Positions 33,135 to 45,682 of a stretch of 64,000 bases of DNA are shown piece by piece. A program made the position numbers and the translations under genes. This DNA comes from Lophium mytilinum (Eukaryota). The stretch lies in NCBI GenBank assembly GCA_010093605.1, contig MU004181.1, positions 1,364,001 through 1,428,000 on the forward strand, read 5' to 3'. The notes beneath the pieces were generated by a model. That model ran no database searches. It was given only the letters and a program-made list of their open reading frames with translations, and was not told the origin of the DNA. Within the stretch, counting starts at the first letter, position 1, and each line of letters begins with the position of its first letter.

Positions 33135-36100
33135 CTATTTCTCGGCGGCTTCAGGTGCGGGTGCTTCCTCTTTGGCTTCCTCCTCGACGGGCTCGGCTTC
33201 CTCCTTGACGGGCTCGGTGTCCTCCTTGACGGGCTCGGCTTCCTCCTTGACGGGCTCGGTGTCCTCCTTGACGGGCTCGGCTTCCTCCTTGACGGGCTCG
33301 GCTTCCTCGACAGGAGCATCGCCATTGACCTTCGGCTCGGCCTTCTCTTCTTCCTCGACGGGCTCAGGGGCCTTCGACTCTTTCAATGCTGCCTCAAGTT
33401 CCTTAGCCGCTTCGGCGTTGGCCTTCTTAGCTGCTTCGAGTTCAGATTCAGTCTTCGCAGCCTGCTCCTTAGCCTCCTTCAGCTCGGATTCGGTCTTCGA
33501 AGCCTGCTCCTTAGCCTCCTGCAGTTCGGCTTCGGCCTTAGTAGCTTGCTCTTTAGCCTCCTGCAGTTCGGATTCAGTCTTGGTCGCCTGCTCCTTGGCT
33601 TCCTGCAGTTCGGCTTCAGCCTTAGTGGCTTGCTCCTTAGCCTCCTTGAGTTCGGACTCAGTCTTGGTAGCCTGGTCCTTGGCCTCCTCGAGCTTAGCCT
33701 CCAAATCTTTGTGCTCAGCTTGGAGAGAGTCGACCGTCTTCTTGGTTTCAGCTTCAGCGGCCTTGGCAGCCTCGAGGTCGGATTCCAAGCTAGCAACGCG
33801 ACCCGCCTCCTTCTCGGCTGCTTCGAGCTTCGTCTGAGCCTCCTTTGCAGATTCTTCGGAAGCGGCTAGCTTCTTCTCAAGCTCGGCCTTCTCGCTAACA
33901 GAGTTCTCAGCAGCGGCCAGTTTCTTCGTCAGTTCCTCCTGGGCAGTCTCAAGCTCCTTGACCTTTGCTTCGGCAGCAGCAGCATCCTCTTGTGCCTTGG
34001 TAAGAGTGGCCTTGGTTTCCGCGTGATTGGCTTCGGCAGTCTTGAGAGCTTCATCACCTGCAGTTGACTGTTCGGTTTTGGCGTCTTCGGCATCTTTCAG
34101 TGACTTCTCCAGGGTAACAACTTGGGTCTTGATAGACTCGTGCTCTGATTGAGACTTCTCAAGCTCCTCCTTCGTGGCAGCATGGGCAGCCTCTACCTCA
34201 GCAGCCTTAGCTGCGAGTTCTTCTGCCTTGGCCTTCTCTGCTTCGGCGGTCTTCAGAGCTTCTTCCGCAGTAGCAAGCTGGGCCTTGGTGCTCTCAGCCT
34301 CCTCTTGGGCACTCTTCTGGGCAGTTTCGATCTCGGTAATCTTGGCTGTTAATTCTTCGGTCTTTGCCTTGTCAGCTTCGCCGGCCTTGGCTGCCTCCTC
34401 TGCGGTTGCCAGCTGGGCCTTGGTGCTCTCGAGCTCCTCCTGAGCGCTCTTCTGTGCTGTTTCAATCTCAGTGATCTTGGCATTCAATTCCTCGATCTTT
34501 GATTTGTCAGCTTCGGCGGCCTTCGCTGCCTCCTCCGCGGTGGCCAGCTGGCTCTTGGTGCTCTCGAGGTCTGTTTGGGCGGTCTTTTGTGCTTTTTCGA
34601 GCTCGGAAACTTTAGCGGCGAGCTCATCAGCCTTGGTCTTTGCAGCATCCAATTCTTTAGCAGCCTCTTCGGCGGCGGCAAGCTTAGCTTTGGTGCCCTC
34701 GACTTCTTCCTGTGCACTCTTCTGTGCAAGTTCAAGCTCCGAGATCTTGGCAGTCAGTTGCTCATGATCAGCGTTGGCACCTTCAGCGGCCGTGAGAGCC
34801 TCTTCGAGCTCCGCGATCTTGGTTTTCGTAGTCTCATGGTCTGCGTTGGCGGCAGTCAGTTCCTCGTCCTTAGCGCTAAGATCGGCAGTGGCCTTCTCGT
34901 GCTTGCTGTCGGCATCCTTGAGCTTCTCTTCCAATTCAGCAACACGAGCAGCGAGGTCGGTTTTGGCGCTCTCGAAGGCAGTCTTGGTAGCTTCATGATC
35001 GCTGCTGGCCTTCTCGAGTTCTGCTTTCGTGGCTTCGTGGTCCGACGTGGCTTTAGCGAGATCACCCTTAGTTGTCTCGTGTTCAGCAGCAGCTTGCTCA
35101 AGGGCCTTGGTGTGCTCGGCAATGAGTGCTTCATTATCGGTACCCTTTGTAAGGGCCTGTGCAAGCTCCTCCTTGGTGGCGTCGTGATCCGAGGTAAGTT
35201 TAGCAACAGCTTCCTCGTGGGCTGCCTTTGTAGCGTCGTGGTCCGAGCTGGCTTTCGCGAGATCAGCTTTAGTAGCGTCATGTGCAGTGATGGCGTTTTC
35301 GAGTTCGGATTTGGTGGCCTCATGCTCTGCTGTGGCCTTCTCGAGGTCTCCTTTGACAGCGGAGACAGCATCCTCCTTAGCCTTCTCCAATTCGGCCTTA
35401 GTAGACTCATGGGCTGCAAGGGCAGCCTCAAGTTCGGCTTGCGTAGACTTGTGGTCGTCGGTAAGCTTGTCAACGTTGGACTTCGCGGCGTCAAGCTCCT
35501 CGGTCTTGGCGGCAAGGGCGGCCTCGAGTTCCGCAATCTTCTCGGCCTTCTTGTCGTGTTCTGCAGTGACTGTAGCTAGCTGGAGCTTAGATTCCCGGGC
35601 TCCGTCGAGTTGGCCTGTGAGTTCTTCTACCTGCCCAGAGAGTGATTGGCGGGACTGGACGGCTTCATCAAGCTCTTTCTTGGAGCTTTCCTGGAAGGCA
35701 GCGTGGTCTGCAGCAGTCTTTTCAGCATCAGCGGCGGTGGCGTCGAGTTTGGCCTGGATTTCAGAAATTTTAGCCTCAAGAGTAGATTTGGTACTGTCAT
35801 GTGCAGCCTGAGCTTCACCCAGTACCTTCTCTGACTCTTGCTTGTGAGCTGCAAGCAGCTCAACATGGCTGTTGCTAGCTTGCTTCTCTGCCTCCAGCTC
35901 AGCTGCCAATTTCTCGACGGTTTGGTCACTGGCGTTCTTCGCAGCATCAAGCTCGGCTAGCTTCTGCTCGAGCTCCGCGAGGTGGGATCCCTTCGCATCC
36001 AGTTCCGAGCGGACCGAAGAGAGCTCCGCCGAGACGGCGTCGCGGGACTTCGTAATCGACTCGAGGGCCTGATCGTGGGATACCTTAAGAGACTTGACGT

Positions 36101-37223
36101 TAGCTGAATGCTGCTCATCGCATTGAGCCTTCACAGCATTACGCTCAGACTCTTTGGCCTCTTTGACCTGTTGGACGACGACTCCCACCATATGATCTTC
36201 TAGTACCTTCTTTTCTTGGATAAGAGCAGCCTCCTTCTCCTCGTAGTCCTTCCTAAGGACAACTGACTCCTTCTCGAAGTTCTGAATATCCTCATTCTGG
36301 GCGTCGATGGTCTCCTTCGCCTCGTCAAGCTCCTGCTGCAACCTCGAGTTCTGGTTCTTCAGCTTCTCGACTGCGACAGCAGGAGGATCGTTCTCATCGA
36401 CGGGAGGGGCAGGTGCCTCGGTGGGCTCCTCGGCTTGTCCCTTGGAAGCCGTGGCGCCATCGGAGGGTTCGGAGGTAGGTGTGTCGGGAGGGGCGGTGGT
36501 GGGGGTGCCTGAGCTTGGTGTGCCTTCTGGGGTGGTCTTAGTAAGAGCTGTTGATGGGATATATGGCGTGTTGGAGTATGGAAGATGGATCGAGAAGCTC
36601 TGAGTGGGAGCTTGGCTGTTGTTTACACAGTGGTGACAGCAGCCTAGGAGCTCGCTCTGATGTCGATCGTGACAATAAGGACGATCGAAGCTCTTAGTGT
36701 GCTCAACCACAGCTTCATGATGCACAGCTATGCCCCTGGGTCTAAGTGCAAAAGTGGAGTGAAAAAGAACTGACCTGGCTGGGCAGAAGCATCAGGTGCT
36801 GGCTGGCCACCGAAAAAATAGTTATAGGCTCGACGCTGGGATGGTTAGCTCGTGCAAGGACGAGATGCAGAAGGACACAGGCTTACCATACTGCTCGATC
36901 GTTTGGGGAGTTTAGGTCTGTTGGAGGAGGTGGAAGCGCGGCCCTTGCGAGGAGACGAAGTTCCTTCGTCGCCGGGGAGGACCGTGACAGGGACGATCGT
37001 GCTCGAGCTCTTCTCTCGTTTGTGGCCCAACAACTTCCGCTGCGCCTTCTGCGAGCCCTCGTTAATGTCGGCAATGATCTGCCGCTCTCGCGCCGACGAT
37101 GAGGATCTTGAGTGCGTTGTCAGTCTGGGGCCGCGGTGAAAAGGCGGTGGAGGAGGAAAGCACTGCGATGGGGAGAGGAGGCACCTACTCATAACTCGGG
37201 CGGCTACGCGAAAACGACGGCAT
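33135..37223 (-). CDS. Large Ala/Glu/Lys-rich coiled-coil protein (myosin-tail/Uso1-like composition), 4 exons
   Basis: Phase-consistent model: MPSFSRSRPSY, intron, ESSSSARERQ...RSSSM, intron, RRAYNYFFGGQPAPDASAQP, intron, EGTPSSG, then a >1100-aa heptad-rich exon ending EAAEK*. Confidence 0.8.
33181..33311 (-). repeat. Coding minisatellite, 21-bp unit (EPVKEEA / EPVKEDT), about 6 copies
   Basis: tccttgacgggctcggc/t unit repeated; alternating EEA/EDT variants give a 42-bp higher-order period. Confidence 0.95.
33440..33700 (-). repeat. Coding tandem repeat, 42-bp unit (EAKEQATKAEAELQ / EAKEQATKTESELK), about 6 copies
   Basis: Visible in both the translation and the DNA. Confidence 0.92.
34210..34752 (-). 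repeat. Coding tandem repeat, 135-bp (45-aa) unit, 4 copies
   Basis: AKITEIETAQKSAQEELESTKAQLATAEEAAK-type unit; atcttggc anchors at 34339 and 34474 are 135 bp apart. Confidence 0.9.
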
Positions 37224-38576
37224 GGCGAACAGTTGCTACTGGTGAATGACTGGATCAAGCCCTTTTTTCTTACTAGCGAGCTTTTCAATAATCGTCGAGG
37301 GCACCGGCTCTTGAACAATCCTCTTTATTCCAAAGCACAACGCAGCAGCGTCCCGCGGGCTTCCAATCAGCAAGCAGCACGTAGTGGCACTCCAGTCGCG
37401 TGGGAGTGCAAAAAGACGGAGAGAGCAGCCAATGCCTGAATGCAGGTGAGCGCGAGGGCCGCGTTTAAAGACAGTGACGGTGTGCATGGCCTCGACGTGT
37501 TCATGCACGCTGCGTTTGAGCCCGGCAGGGGTATGGCACTCCCTGGATATATCTCAGAGACAGACAGCGTGGGTGAACCAAGAGACCTCGAATTAAGCTC
37601 CCATAGCCTCACCCTCGACCTGCAGGCACCAGGGCCATCCCGCTGTTCCAGTCGGCCCGCCCTGTGGCGGCTTCAAGGGACTGCTTGCAACGCTGCGAGC
37701 GCCAGACGTCACTGAAGCCGGGCGAGCTGGCGGTAAGCACCACAGTGACTCTCCATGGACCAGACGACCAGTCCTTCATCTGCCTGCCGCCGCCCCACGT
37801 TTTGACGCACGCGTGGCCATCAGTGGATGCGTTGGCTCTGCCGCAGCGGCCGGGACGAGCATGGTGTGCGTTGGTCGAAGATTTTGCATGAACCCTGCAG
37901 ATGAGAAGACACCACAGCAGTGCTTTGGACGAAAATGTTCAGAAGAGGTGCAATTCTAGGTCCAGGGCGGTGAGCAACATATATTAGAGATTTGCAGGCT
38001 GATATGGAGCAGTCACGATTTCTAGACACGGATGGACGTTGGATCTGTGGCTCGAGTAGCACTCCACTGTGCCACCGTTCTAGATGGACTCCACATGCTT
38101 CATCTGCAAGGGATACCTGTCAATCCGCTGTAGAGGTAGACGAACCGAACATCCGCCTGCTATATATACACACTTTCTTGCGTTTCTACCAAGGTAAAGA
38201 TTGCTCCCGTTAAGTGCGATCTTTGGGCGTTTTAGAGATATGTCATATGTGTGGGTTTGAGCATTTTAGTATCCCTTGGGTTTCTGATACGATGTTCGAT
38301 GCTAGAGAACCCTAGTAACGGCGAGCAGTTGTGCACAGACGCTTGTCTAGATACTTCGTAAGAATAGACATAGTATGGGCATCCTTGATGCTAAACTAAA
38401 GCCCTAAAACACCAGGTATCATTCGTCCAGTCTCCAAATCCCATCTCGTAACTCCGAATCGAAACGCCCGAGCCACTCTGCATGCGTCCTGCGAACTATG
38501 CAGGAATCCATAAACTCCCACGAATAACGCTACTAGCCATCTAATCGCCCCACGCCCCCTCAATGTGCGTAGCCCC

Positions 38577-39299
38577 TTACAGCCTTCCCCACAGGTAGTT
38601 CGAGTAGAAGTTCCGCGAGAACTTCGGGTCGATGTCGATGATGTGCGAGTCTCCCTTGGAGTTCTGCCGTATAATGACCTTGTTGTAGATTCCGGTCGCA
38701 GGTTCTGCCTCGATATCGATGTTGAGCATGCGGTAAAGCTTCAACTTGAGGCTGTGTGGAGACTATTAGCACACTTCCACAGATTCCGGGGTTGCGATAA
38801 GCTCGCAGCTTGAAAACTTACAGCTTTTGCGTCTCATCTTCCGATGACCCTCTTGCGGCTTCTGCACCTTCCTCAACACCTGCATCGTCCAGATCTCCAA
38901 GCGTTTCCTCAAGTCTAGCCAGCTCTGCAGCCATTCGCTCGCCTTCTATTTCGAGGTCAGATGCCTGCTTTGCCACCTTGAACTTCTCCGTGTCCAGTCG
39001 CAAGATTTCGGATGCGTGGTTGGTGGGGTTGTGGGAGCTGAGAGTCAGGGAGTGCGTCGAGGACAGTGTTTGTTGTTGTCGCGACAGCTTTTGTAGTGTG
39101 GATTGGAGGCCGTCGAGTTGCGCCTGGCGACAGGCGTGTAGTGTGCTCAACGAGTCATTGATACGGTGAAGGGAAGAGCGGTCAGGTCCAATGTTGAAGT
39201 TCGCGGCGCACGAGGCGATGAGCTGGGGACTATTAGTGGTCGTGTTTTCGCCATGTAAACAGAGGAGCGCACCGTAGCGGGGTCTTCGTCGAGGAGCAT
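38577..39299 (-). CDS. SPC24: Kinetochore Ndc80-complex subunit Spc24 (3 exons)
   Basis: MLLDEDPAT|LIASCAANFNIGPD...HASEILRLDTEKFKVAKQASDLEIEGER...|LKLKLYRMLNIDIE...DSHIIDIDPKFSRNFYSNYLW. Confidence 0.9.
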
Positions 39300-39627
39300 A
39301 ATGGCAGCGTTTGAAGAAGATGGTAGAATAGGAGCACAGTGCCAGAGTGTTTGCAGTTTTAGGGTTTTTGCTGTGATTGCGGTGGGGGTGTGGTAAAGCG
39401 GAGCAGATGTGGTGAGGTCGAGATAGCCGCATGGTGTTGAGGAGCACCCGCGTGTTTTGATGGGCGCTTGGGCCATGTCGGTTTTCCAGGGCAACGACGA
39501 CCGGCGTCCGGCGTACGTCACAAAAGTTCACGAGATCACGGCTTGCGCAGCGGCGAAAGGCGACCACCAGACCGCCGCTCCTAGACTTGCTATCACCTTC
39601 TCGCCCATATCTCCCAGTACACCAGCC

Positions 39628-40264
<637 letters not shown>

Positions 40265-41044
40265 AGGAACAATTTGTGCATAACGGTGGAGGAGCGATGA
40301 GCGTTAGTTGGGTGCTCTCGGCGTCTGGGCGGCTTTCCCTTGGCTGAGAAATCACATGTAGAATATGAACATCATTAATCTTTCAAGACGTATGTCTCTG
40401 GTCCCAAAGACCTCCAATGGTGTTTTCCGGTTGTCTCGGATCCAATAAAGTACCCATGCGGGGCTGCAAGAATAGCAAAGAAGAGCATGGAAAACCAGAG
40501 AAGGCCTAGGTAGTAGCGAGTCAAGCAGACGTAGAACCACGTACTCACACTGTGCACTCAAACAATCAGGCAGTTTTGTAGTTAAGACAGCCATGCAGCG
40601 AGCATCTAGTACAGCAGTCACCTACCTAATTCACCGGACCCTCCTCTCGTTTGGCTGCACCGGCTCAACGATCCCTGTCAAGTCGATTATCTAGCACAAC
40701 GTCACCGGCAGCGCGTTAGCATCAACATTACTTCGCCCCTACACCTTGACGCCCTCCTACTCGACGCCTATTTACTACACTCTGCTTTTCACCTGCTCCG
40801 CCTCCATCTCTCCGTGCAGCCAAGCTGTCGGGCTATCACACCGGTCACTGGCGAGAGGCGCATGACTGCAAGACATTCACCGAGCTTGCCTCTGACCCAT
40901 CACCCTTCACTCACGTCTCGTAAGGATCCGATGACAACGTAGCTTTGCTACGACCACAGCAAACTTTCGCAACCTTCTCCGAGCAGCCACTATCCTCTGC
41001 TCTCCGACCTTTAATCCTAGATTCCCTCCTCTGCCCTGCCCAAC

Positions 41045-42594
41045 ATGGACCCACCACCTCAGCAGCCGGCCCAGCAGCCTCAGACAACGGCGCGCGACAT
41101 GGTGTTCTGTCACGAATGTGAAAATGAATGGTACAGAGACGAGCATGGGCTATCTTGCCCTGAGTGCCAATCTGATTTCACCGAAATTGTAAGCTGCCTG
41201 GAGATGCTGACTTTGCACCGCTGCCCGCCACTGCGTGCGCCAAGGGCAAAGAGCCCTCAAATTGCTGGGGATTAAGCACCGAAAGCTAAGCTAACATCTT
41301 CTCTTAGATAGAGGACGACAATGACCCTAGAAATGCCACCATGGCAGACTCCGACGACGACGGCCCACCCCCACTAAGCGCCTTCCACCACCACAACCCT
41401 TGGAATGCTCCAGACCCCGATGAGGATGACATAAATCAGCTACACTGGAGGGCTGGCCCAGACAACTTCACTGTCGAGGGCGTCATAATTCGGGATGGTT
41501 CCAGCACGCGTCGAGTTGACCCTCTTGGTCATGATCTCCATAATCCAGTCGCGAGGAACTTCGCCACGATGCTACAAAATATAGTGGGAGGGCTTGGCCA
41601 GCAAAATGCTAGCGAACGACCGAGGGGATCTCCTTCCCCAGGCCAGGGACTAAATGATCGGTTTTCCGGTACCCTTCCCGGGGGAAATCGCTTTACGTAT
41701 CAACGTACTGTGCGGCTCCATCCGCCAGATGGTACACATCCTGGTACACATCTAGACCCCAGCGGAGACGACTTGAATGGGTGAGTTCTTGAGATCGTGC
41801 TCACTTGCGAAATAACTATTACTAACACACTTGGTAGGCTCATGGAGCATCTTCTCGGCGCCGCCATGGGCGGCACGCCCGGTCACACTCACCCTCCCAG
41901 TGGACAGCCTGGAGAATTCGGCCAGCCGCCAATAAATCCCCTCGCCGCTATATTCGCACAACTGATGAATCCAGGAATGGCCGCTCCGGGCGATTTCGTC
42001 TATTCACAAGAAGCCCTCGATCGCATAATCTCGCAACTAATGGAGCAAAACACTAGCAATGCTCCAGGACCCGCTACTCCCGAGGCTATCGGTTCCCTCC
42101 CAAAAAAGCAAGTGACAATGGAAGACCTCGGGCCTGACGGACGGGCTGAATGTAGCATCTGCATGGACGAAGTTACTGTTGGTGAAGAGGTCACTCAGCT
42201 ACCATGCCACCACTGGTTCCATCAGCCATGTGTGGCCATGTGGTTGGGAGAACATGATACATGTCCACACTGCCGCAAAGGCATCATGGATAACGACAAG
42301 CCCAAGGAGAGCACCAACAGCTCGAATAGCACCGCGGCCGCCTCCAGCGGTTCCAGCGGGGCACCTGCGACCCCCTCCCGCCAACAGATGCCAGGCACCT
42401 TCGGCGCCGGTACGGAAGAAAATCCATTTGTAGTCCCGGAGACACCGGAGCAAAGTCGGCTACACGCACAACAAGACCAGCGGTCAAGCTCAGAGCGTCA
42501 ACCGAGCCCTCACTCGGTACACTCGGATGGAGATGCAGCTAGCGGTGGACTAGGCGAGCGTATTCGAAGGGGTCTGTTCGGCGCACCTCGTTGA
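41045..42594 (+). CDS. RING-H2 E3 ubiquitin ligase, RNF126/RNF115-like (3 exons)
   Basis: N-terminal zinc ribbon FCHECENEW...CPECQSDFTEI; GDFVYSQEALDRIISQLME; RING-H2 CSICMD..LPCHHWFHQPCVAMWLGEHDTCPHCRK. Confidence 0.92.
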
Positions 42595-43379
42595 TGCTTG
42601 CCATTTTTGCTTGCTCTTTGCTAAACTCCCGTTTGCTTGTTAGGACGAACTCGTTTCCGACAAAAGCTGGCTGCTCGCAGGTCGAGGCACAGCAATAGCC
42701 AGCTGTGAAGTCATCAGCTCGACTGCGCATAATGTATACCCTTTCTCTGCATTTCTTGGCGTTTCGGTCTGGCTTTTAGAGGCTCTGTAAAGACCCTTTC
42801 CTATGCCAATGGAGCAATCCCTTCCTATTCTTTGTTAGTCTTCGGGGATTTGCGTACATGAATGACGGTTTTTCGGAGGGTCGGACCAAATCACATAGAA
42901 GTGATCATGGGCTGTGATGGCTGGAGTTCGGCGGGGTTATCTTGGAATGTATATAGATTGATGTAGTCAACTTTTATTCTATTTATTCTTCTTCTCATCT
43001 CATCTATCTAGGTTTCAGAGTAGTATTCTGATACTGCTATCTTTCAAGTACCTTTCAAGAGACATTCTCACGCCTCAGATACTGACGCAGACTTCGATCA
43101 CGTGGTTCATAAAGAAGCGGCACACTCAATATCCAGTGTCTTGTGCGGTCGTTTTTCCACTGGTCTGCTATCGTTTGGGGTGGCTCAACAATTTTTCACC
43201 TAGGCCAAAGCTACAGGTTTCTTATCACTTTTCTATTTTTGAAAATGCATCGAGGCACCCCAGACGGCGGCAACCGGTGTGCAGATGAGCGCACAAGACA
43301 GCATGATTGCTCATGTACGACCTTTTTCATGCCTACCGTGTGGGTTTTCGCGCCGCAATCATGCCCACTGGGCGGCATC

Positions 43380-44186
43380 CTCCAAGATAGCCGCTACTCA
43401 AGCAGGCAAACACTAAGCTCTACGAACTCTAGGCCATCTTGACTCGCCTGAGGGTCTCATGTCGCGACGCCCGTTTGCCGCTGCTGGCTGCCAACCGGCG
43501 GCGAAGAGAGCAGAGACCTCTTCAATCACTACAGGAAGACATCCGGTCTGTTAAAAGCAACCTGAACATTCTGCTGGGTGCATCAAATTCGTACGTTTAG
43601 CTGCTTACGTGGAGAAAGGCGGGCCGGCGGCTGATAATAACCTGCATAGGCAAGACATGATGCAGCTGCGGCTTGAAGTTGAACGCATCTCCGTCGTTGC
43701 GGCACAGCCGTCGCAGGAACAACTTACACCTCACAACGATCTCCTGGGCAATCTCACAGGTATTGATGGCCGCATAGCCCGCGTTGAGGATGTGTTGCGC
43801 TTTCAAGCCGAGCAAGTTCGCGAACACCGGCTCACCCAGTTTGGTCCCTTCGTCAACAGGTTGGCTTTGCGCCCACCTAGTCCTGCAGCGCGCAGCCGAA
43901 TACCCCCAGCCACTCAGCACTCCGACGGTTTCAGTGTTCGAGTCGCCCCCTTCGCAACAACATGTCGCACTGGCTGCGCTTGTGTATGCCACTCGAAGCA
44001 GGCAGCGGCGTCTCCCAAGATGCTGAATCGTTTCCTGGGGCTAGTTGTTCGTAGGAAACACGGGACTCCCCTATTTGTCTCCGAAATGCAACAATGAAGT
44101 GTGCGCCAAGCCTCGTGCGAGCAAGGTCAGCATAGAATACTGGTTTCCATGAGCCATACTTTCCTCTACTATTGTCAGCTCCAAGT
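43380..44186 (+). pseudogene. Decayed 5' half of a fungal ankyrin-repeat gene
   Basis: In-frame TAG at 43388 and 43430 upstream of LQEDIRSVKSNLNILLGASNS, intron 43591-43649, then QDMMQLRLE. After CRTGCACVCH there is a +1 frameshift with TAG at 44042, then LFVGNTGLPYLSPKCNNEVC..SIEYWFP and TGA at 44150. Confidence 0.75.
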
Positions 44187-44416
44187 CATAGCTGGCATTG
44201 ACCATCTTGTGGCGGATCGCGCCTGACTGGTGTTTCAGACTCTGAAGAGACTACGTGTCTGTAAGTTGTCAGCTCAGTTTTGACTCAATGCTCTGTGGAG
44301 GAGTCACTGGACCTAGCTATAAAAGATAGACTTGCTACCACAGTAGCTCGTTCAACATACACTATACAAGCACCACATCCACCTTCCAGCCAGCTATGGA
44401 TTCGGCATCTATCACA
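44187..44416 (+). mobile_element. Candidate insertion (solo-LTR-like) interrupting the ankyrin gene
   Basis: About 230 bp that does not fit the protein family. Contains TATAAAAG (44318) and a CA-rich tract, and ends in ATCACA; TGT starts at 44173 and 44260. No target-site duplication found. Confidence 0.35.
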
Positions 44417-45682
44417 GAAAGCGTTCCCGACGACGCTATATGCGTCAACTATGCACTCAATGGAAATATCAAGGGCTTGGAATACCTCTTTAGCAACGGT
44501 CTAGCATCTCCAAAAGACATCAGCCATACAAGAGGGTATTCTTTGCTGCGTTGGGCCTTGTACGGGAAACAGTACGCAACATGCGAGTTCCTTATCGAAG
44601 AAGGGGCCGACCCCGACCATAAACCGATCTCCGCGAATGACTATAGTCCCCGCATCAAAGCCTGCCACTTCCTTCTTGAGGGTGGCCTTCCAGAAACGGA
44701 ACTCCGCGTCTTACAGCTCATCGCGAACGGCCACCTTAAGAATTTCATCAACGAAGCAGGTTTCACCCAGGCACATCGTATAGCTCTCGGGTTGTCATTC
44801 ACAAGCTTGAAGGAAGAACTCAAACTCCATCCTGAGGACCTCGATAAGCCAGACTGTATAGGTCGAACTCCGCTATCATGGGCAGCGGCCAGGAGTAACA
44901 ATACACTCGGTGTGAAGGCATTTCTGAGCCATGGCGCAAATCCAAACATCCTTGACGCCACCTTATCTGGACCAGTGTCAAATGCCGCCGCCCAAGGCCA
45001 TACAGCTTGTGTACGCTTGTTACTTGAAGCTGGCGCATCCCCCGACGCCAGAAAACTCCCAGGGATCAGGAAAGGCAGCCCACTCAACGTTGCTGCACGG
45101 CGATCGAACGATATCGAGCTCGTTAAAATCCTCCTTGAATTCGATGCTGATATTGAATCTGTTGGAGTCGATGGGGTTACCCCTCTGATTCACGCTACAC
45201 GAAACGATAATGCGATCTTCGCCGCGCTATTCCTCGACTACGGCGCTGATATCCACGCAATCACGGTATCCGGAGCCACTCCGCTCACGACGGCTATCAC
45301 TCACAATAGCCATAACGTTCTCCGTCTGATACTTGACAAATGGCACGATTGCACCGTAACCCCGCGTCTAAAGGGTCCACATCTCCTTGATATCTCGGCG
45401 ATCTACGCCGATATCGAAACACTTGAAATTCTTACCAGTACCAACCATCTGCCGGTCCGTCGAGACAACAGCTACGATGCTAGCAAATGCGGCGATCAGC
45501 TTCGCCAACGACGCGACTATACTGAGGAACTCTCGTCGGCATTCGAGAAGTTTCTTGAATCGATTAGCAGTGCACCAAACGTGCGAAACAGCCCGGACCA
45601 ACTAGCAGAGGCAGCATGTTTGGACCCGGCTCTCGCCCAAAGTGATGCTTCCGATCTGGCAATTGTCGAAGTCGAGGATTAG
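44396..45682 (+). CDS. Ankyrin-repeat protein (intact 3' half, 428 aa)
   Basis: VPDDAICVNYALNGNIKGL..GLASPKDIS..GYSLLRWAL; ankyrin repeats GRTPLSWAAAR, GSPLNVAAR, GVTPLIHA and GATPLTTAITHN. Confidence 0.75.
   Translation: MDSASITESVPDDAICVNYALNGNIKGLEYLFSNGLASPKDISHTRGYSLLRWALYGKQYATCEFLIEEGADPDHKPISANDYSPRIKACHFLLEGGLPETELRVLQLIANGHLKNFINEAGFTQAHRIALGLSFTSLKEELKLHPEDLDKPDCIGRTPLSWAAARSNNTLGVKAFLSHGANPNILDATLSGPVSNAAAQGHTACVRLLLEAGASPDARKLPGIRKGSPLNVAARRSNDIELVKILLEFDADIESVGVDGVTPLIHATRNDNAIFAALFLDYGADIHAITVSGATPLTTAITHNSHNVLRLILDKWHDCTVTPRLKGPHLLDISAIYADIETLEILTSTNHLPVRRDNSYDASKCGDQLRQRRDYTEELSSAFEKFLESISSAPNVRNSPDQLAEAACLDPALAQSDASDLAIVEVED

Noticed and set aside
33181..33311. Regularly spaced 21-bp repeats as a possible CRISPR-like array
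   Set aside because: Contiguous coding tandem repeats with no unique spacers, in a eukaryotic gene.
33109..36603. Several long plus-strand ORFs (242 aa, 334 aa and others) opposite the coiled-coil gene
   Set aside because: Antisense shadows of a repetitive, codon-biased A/E/K-rich CDS; the Ser/Ala/Leu-rich translations have no independent signals.
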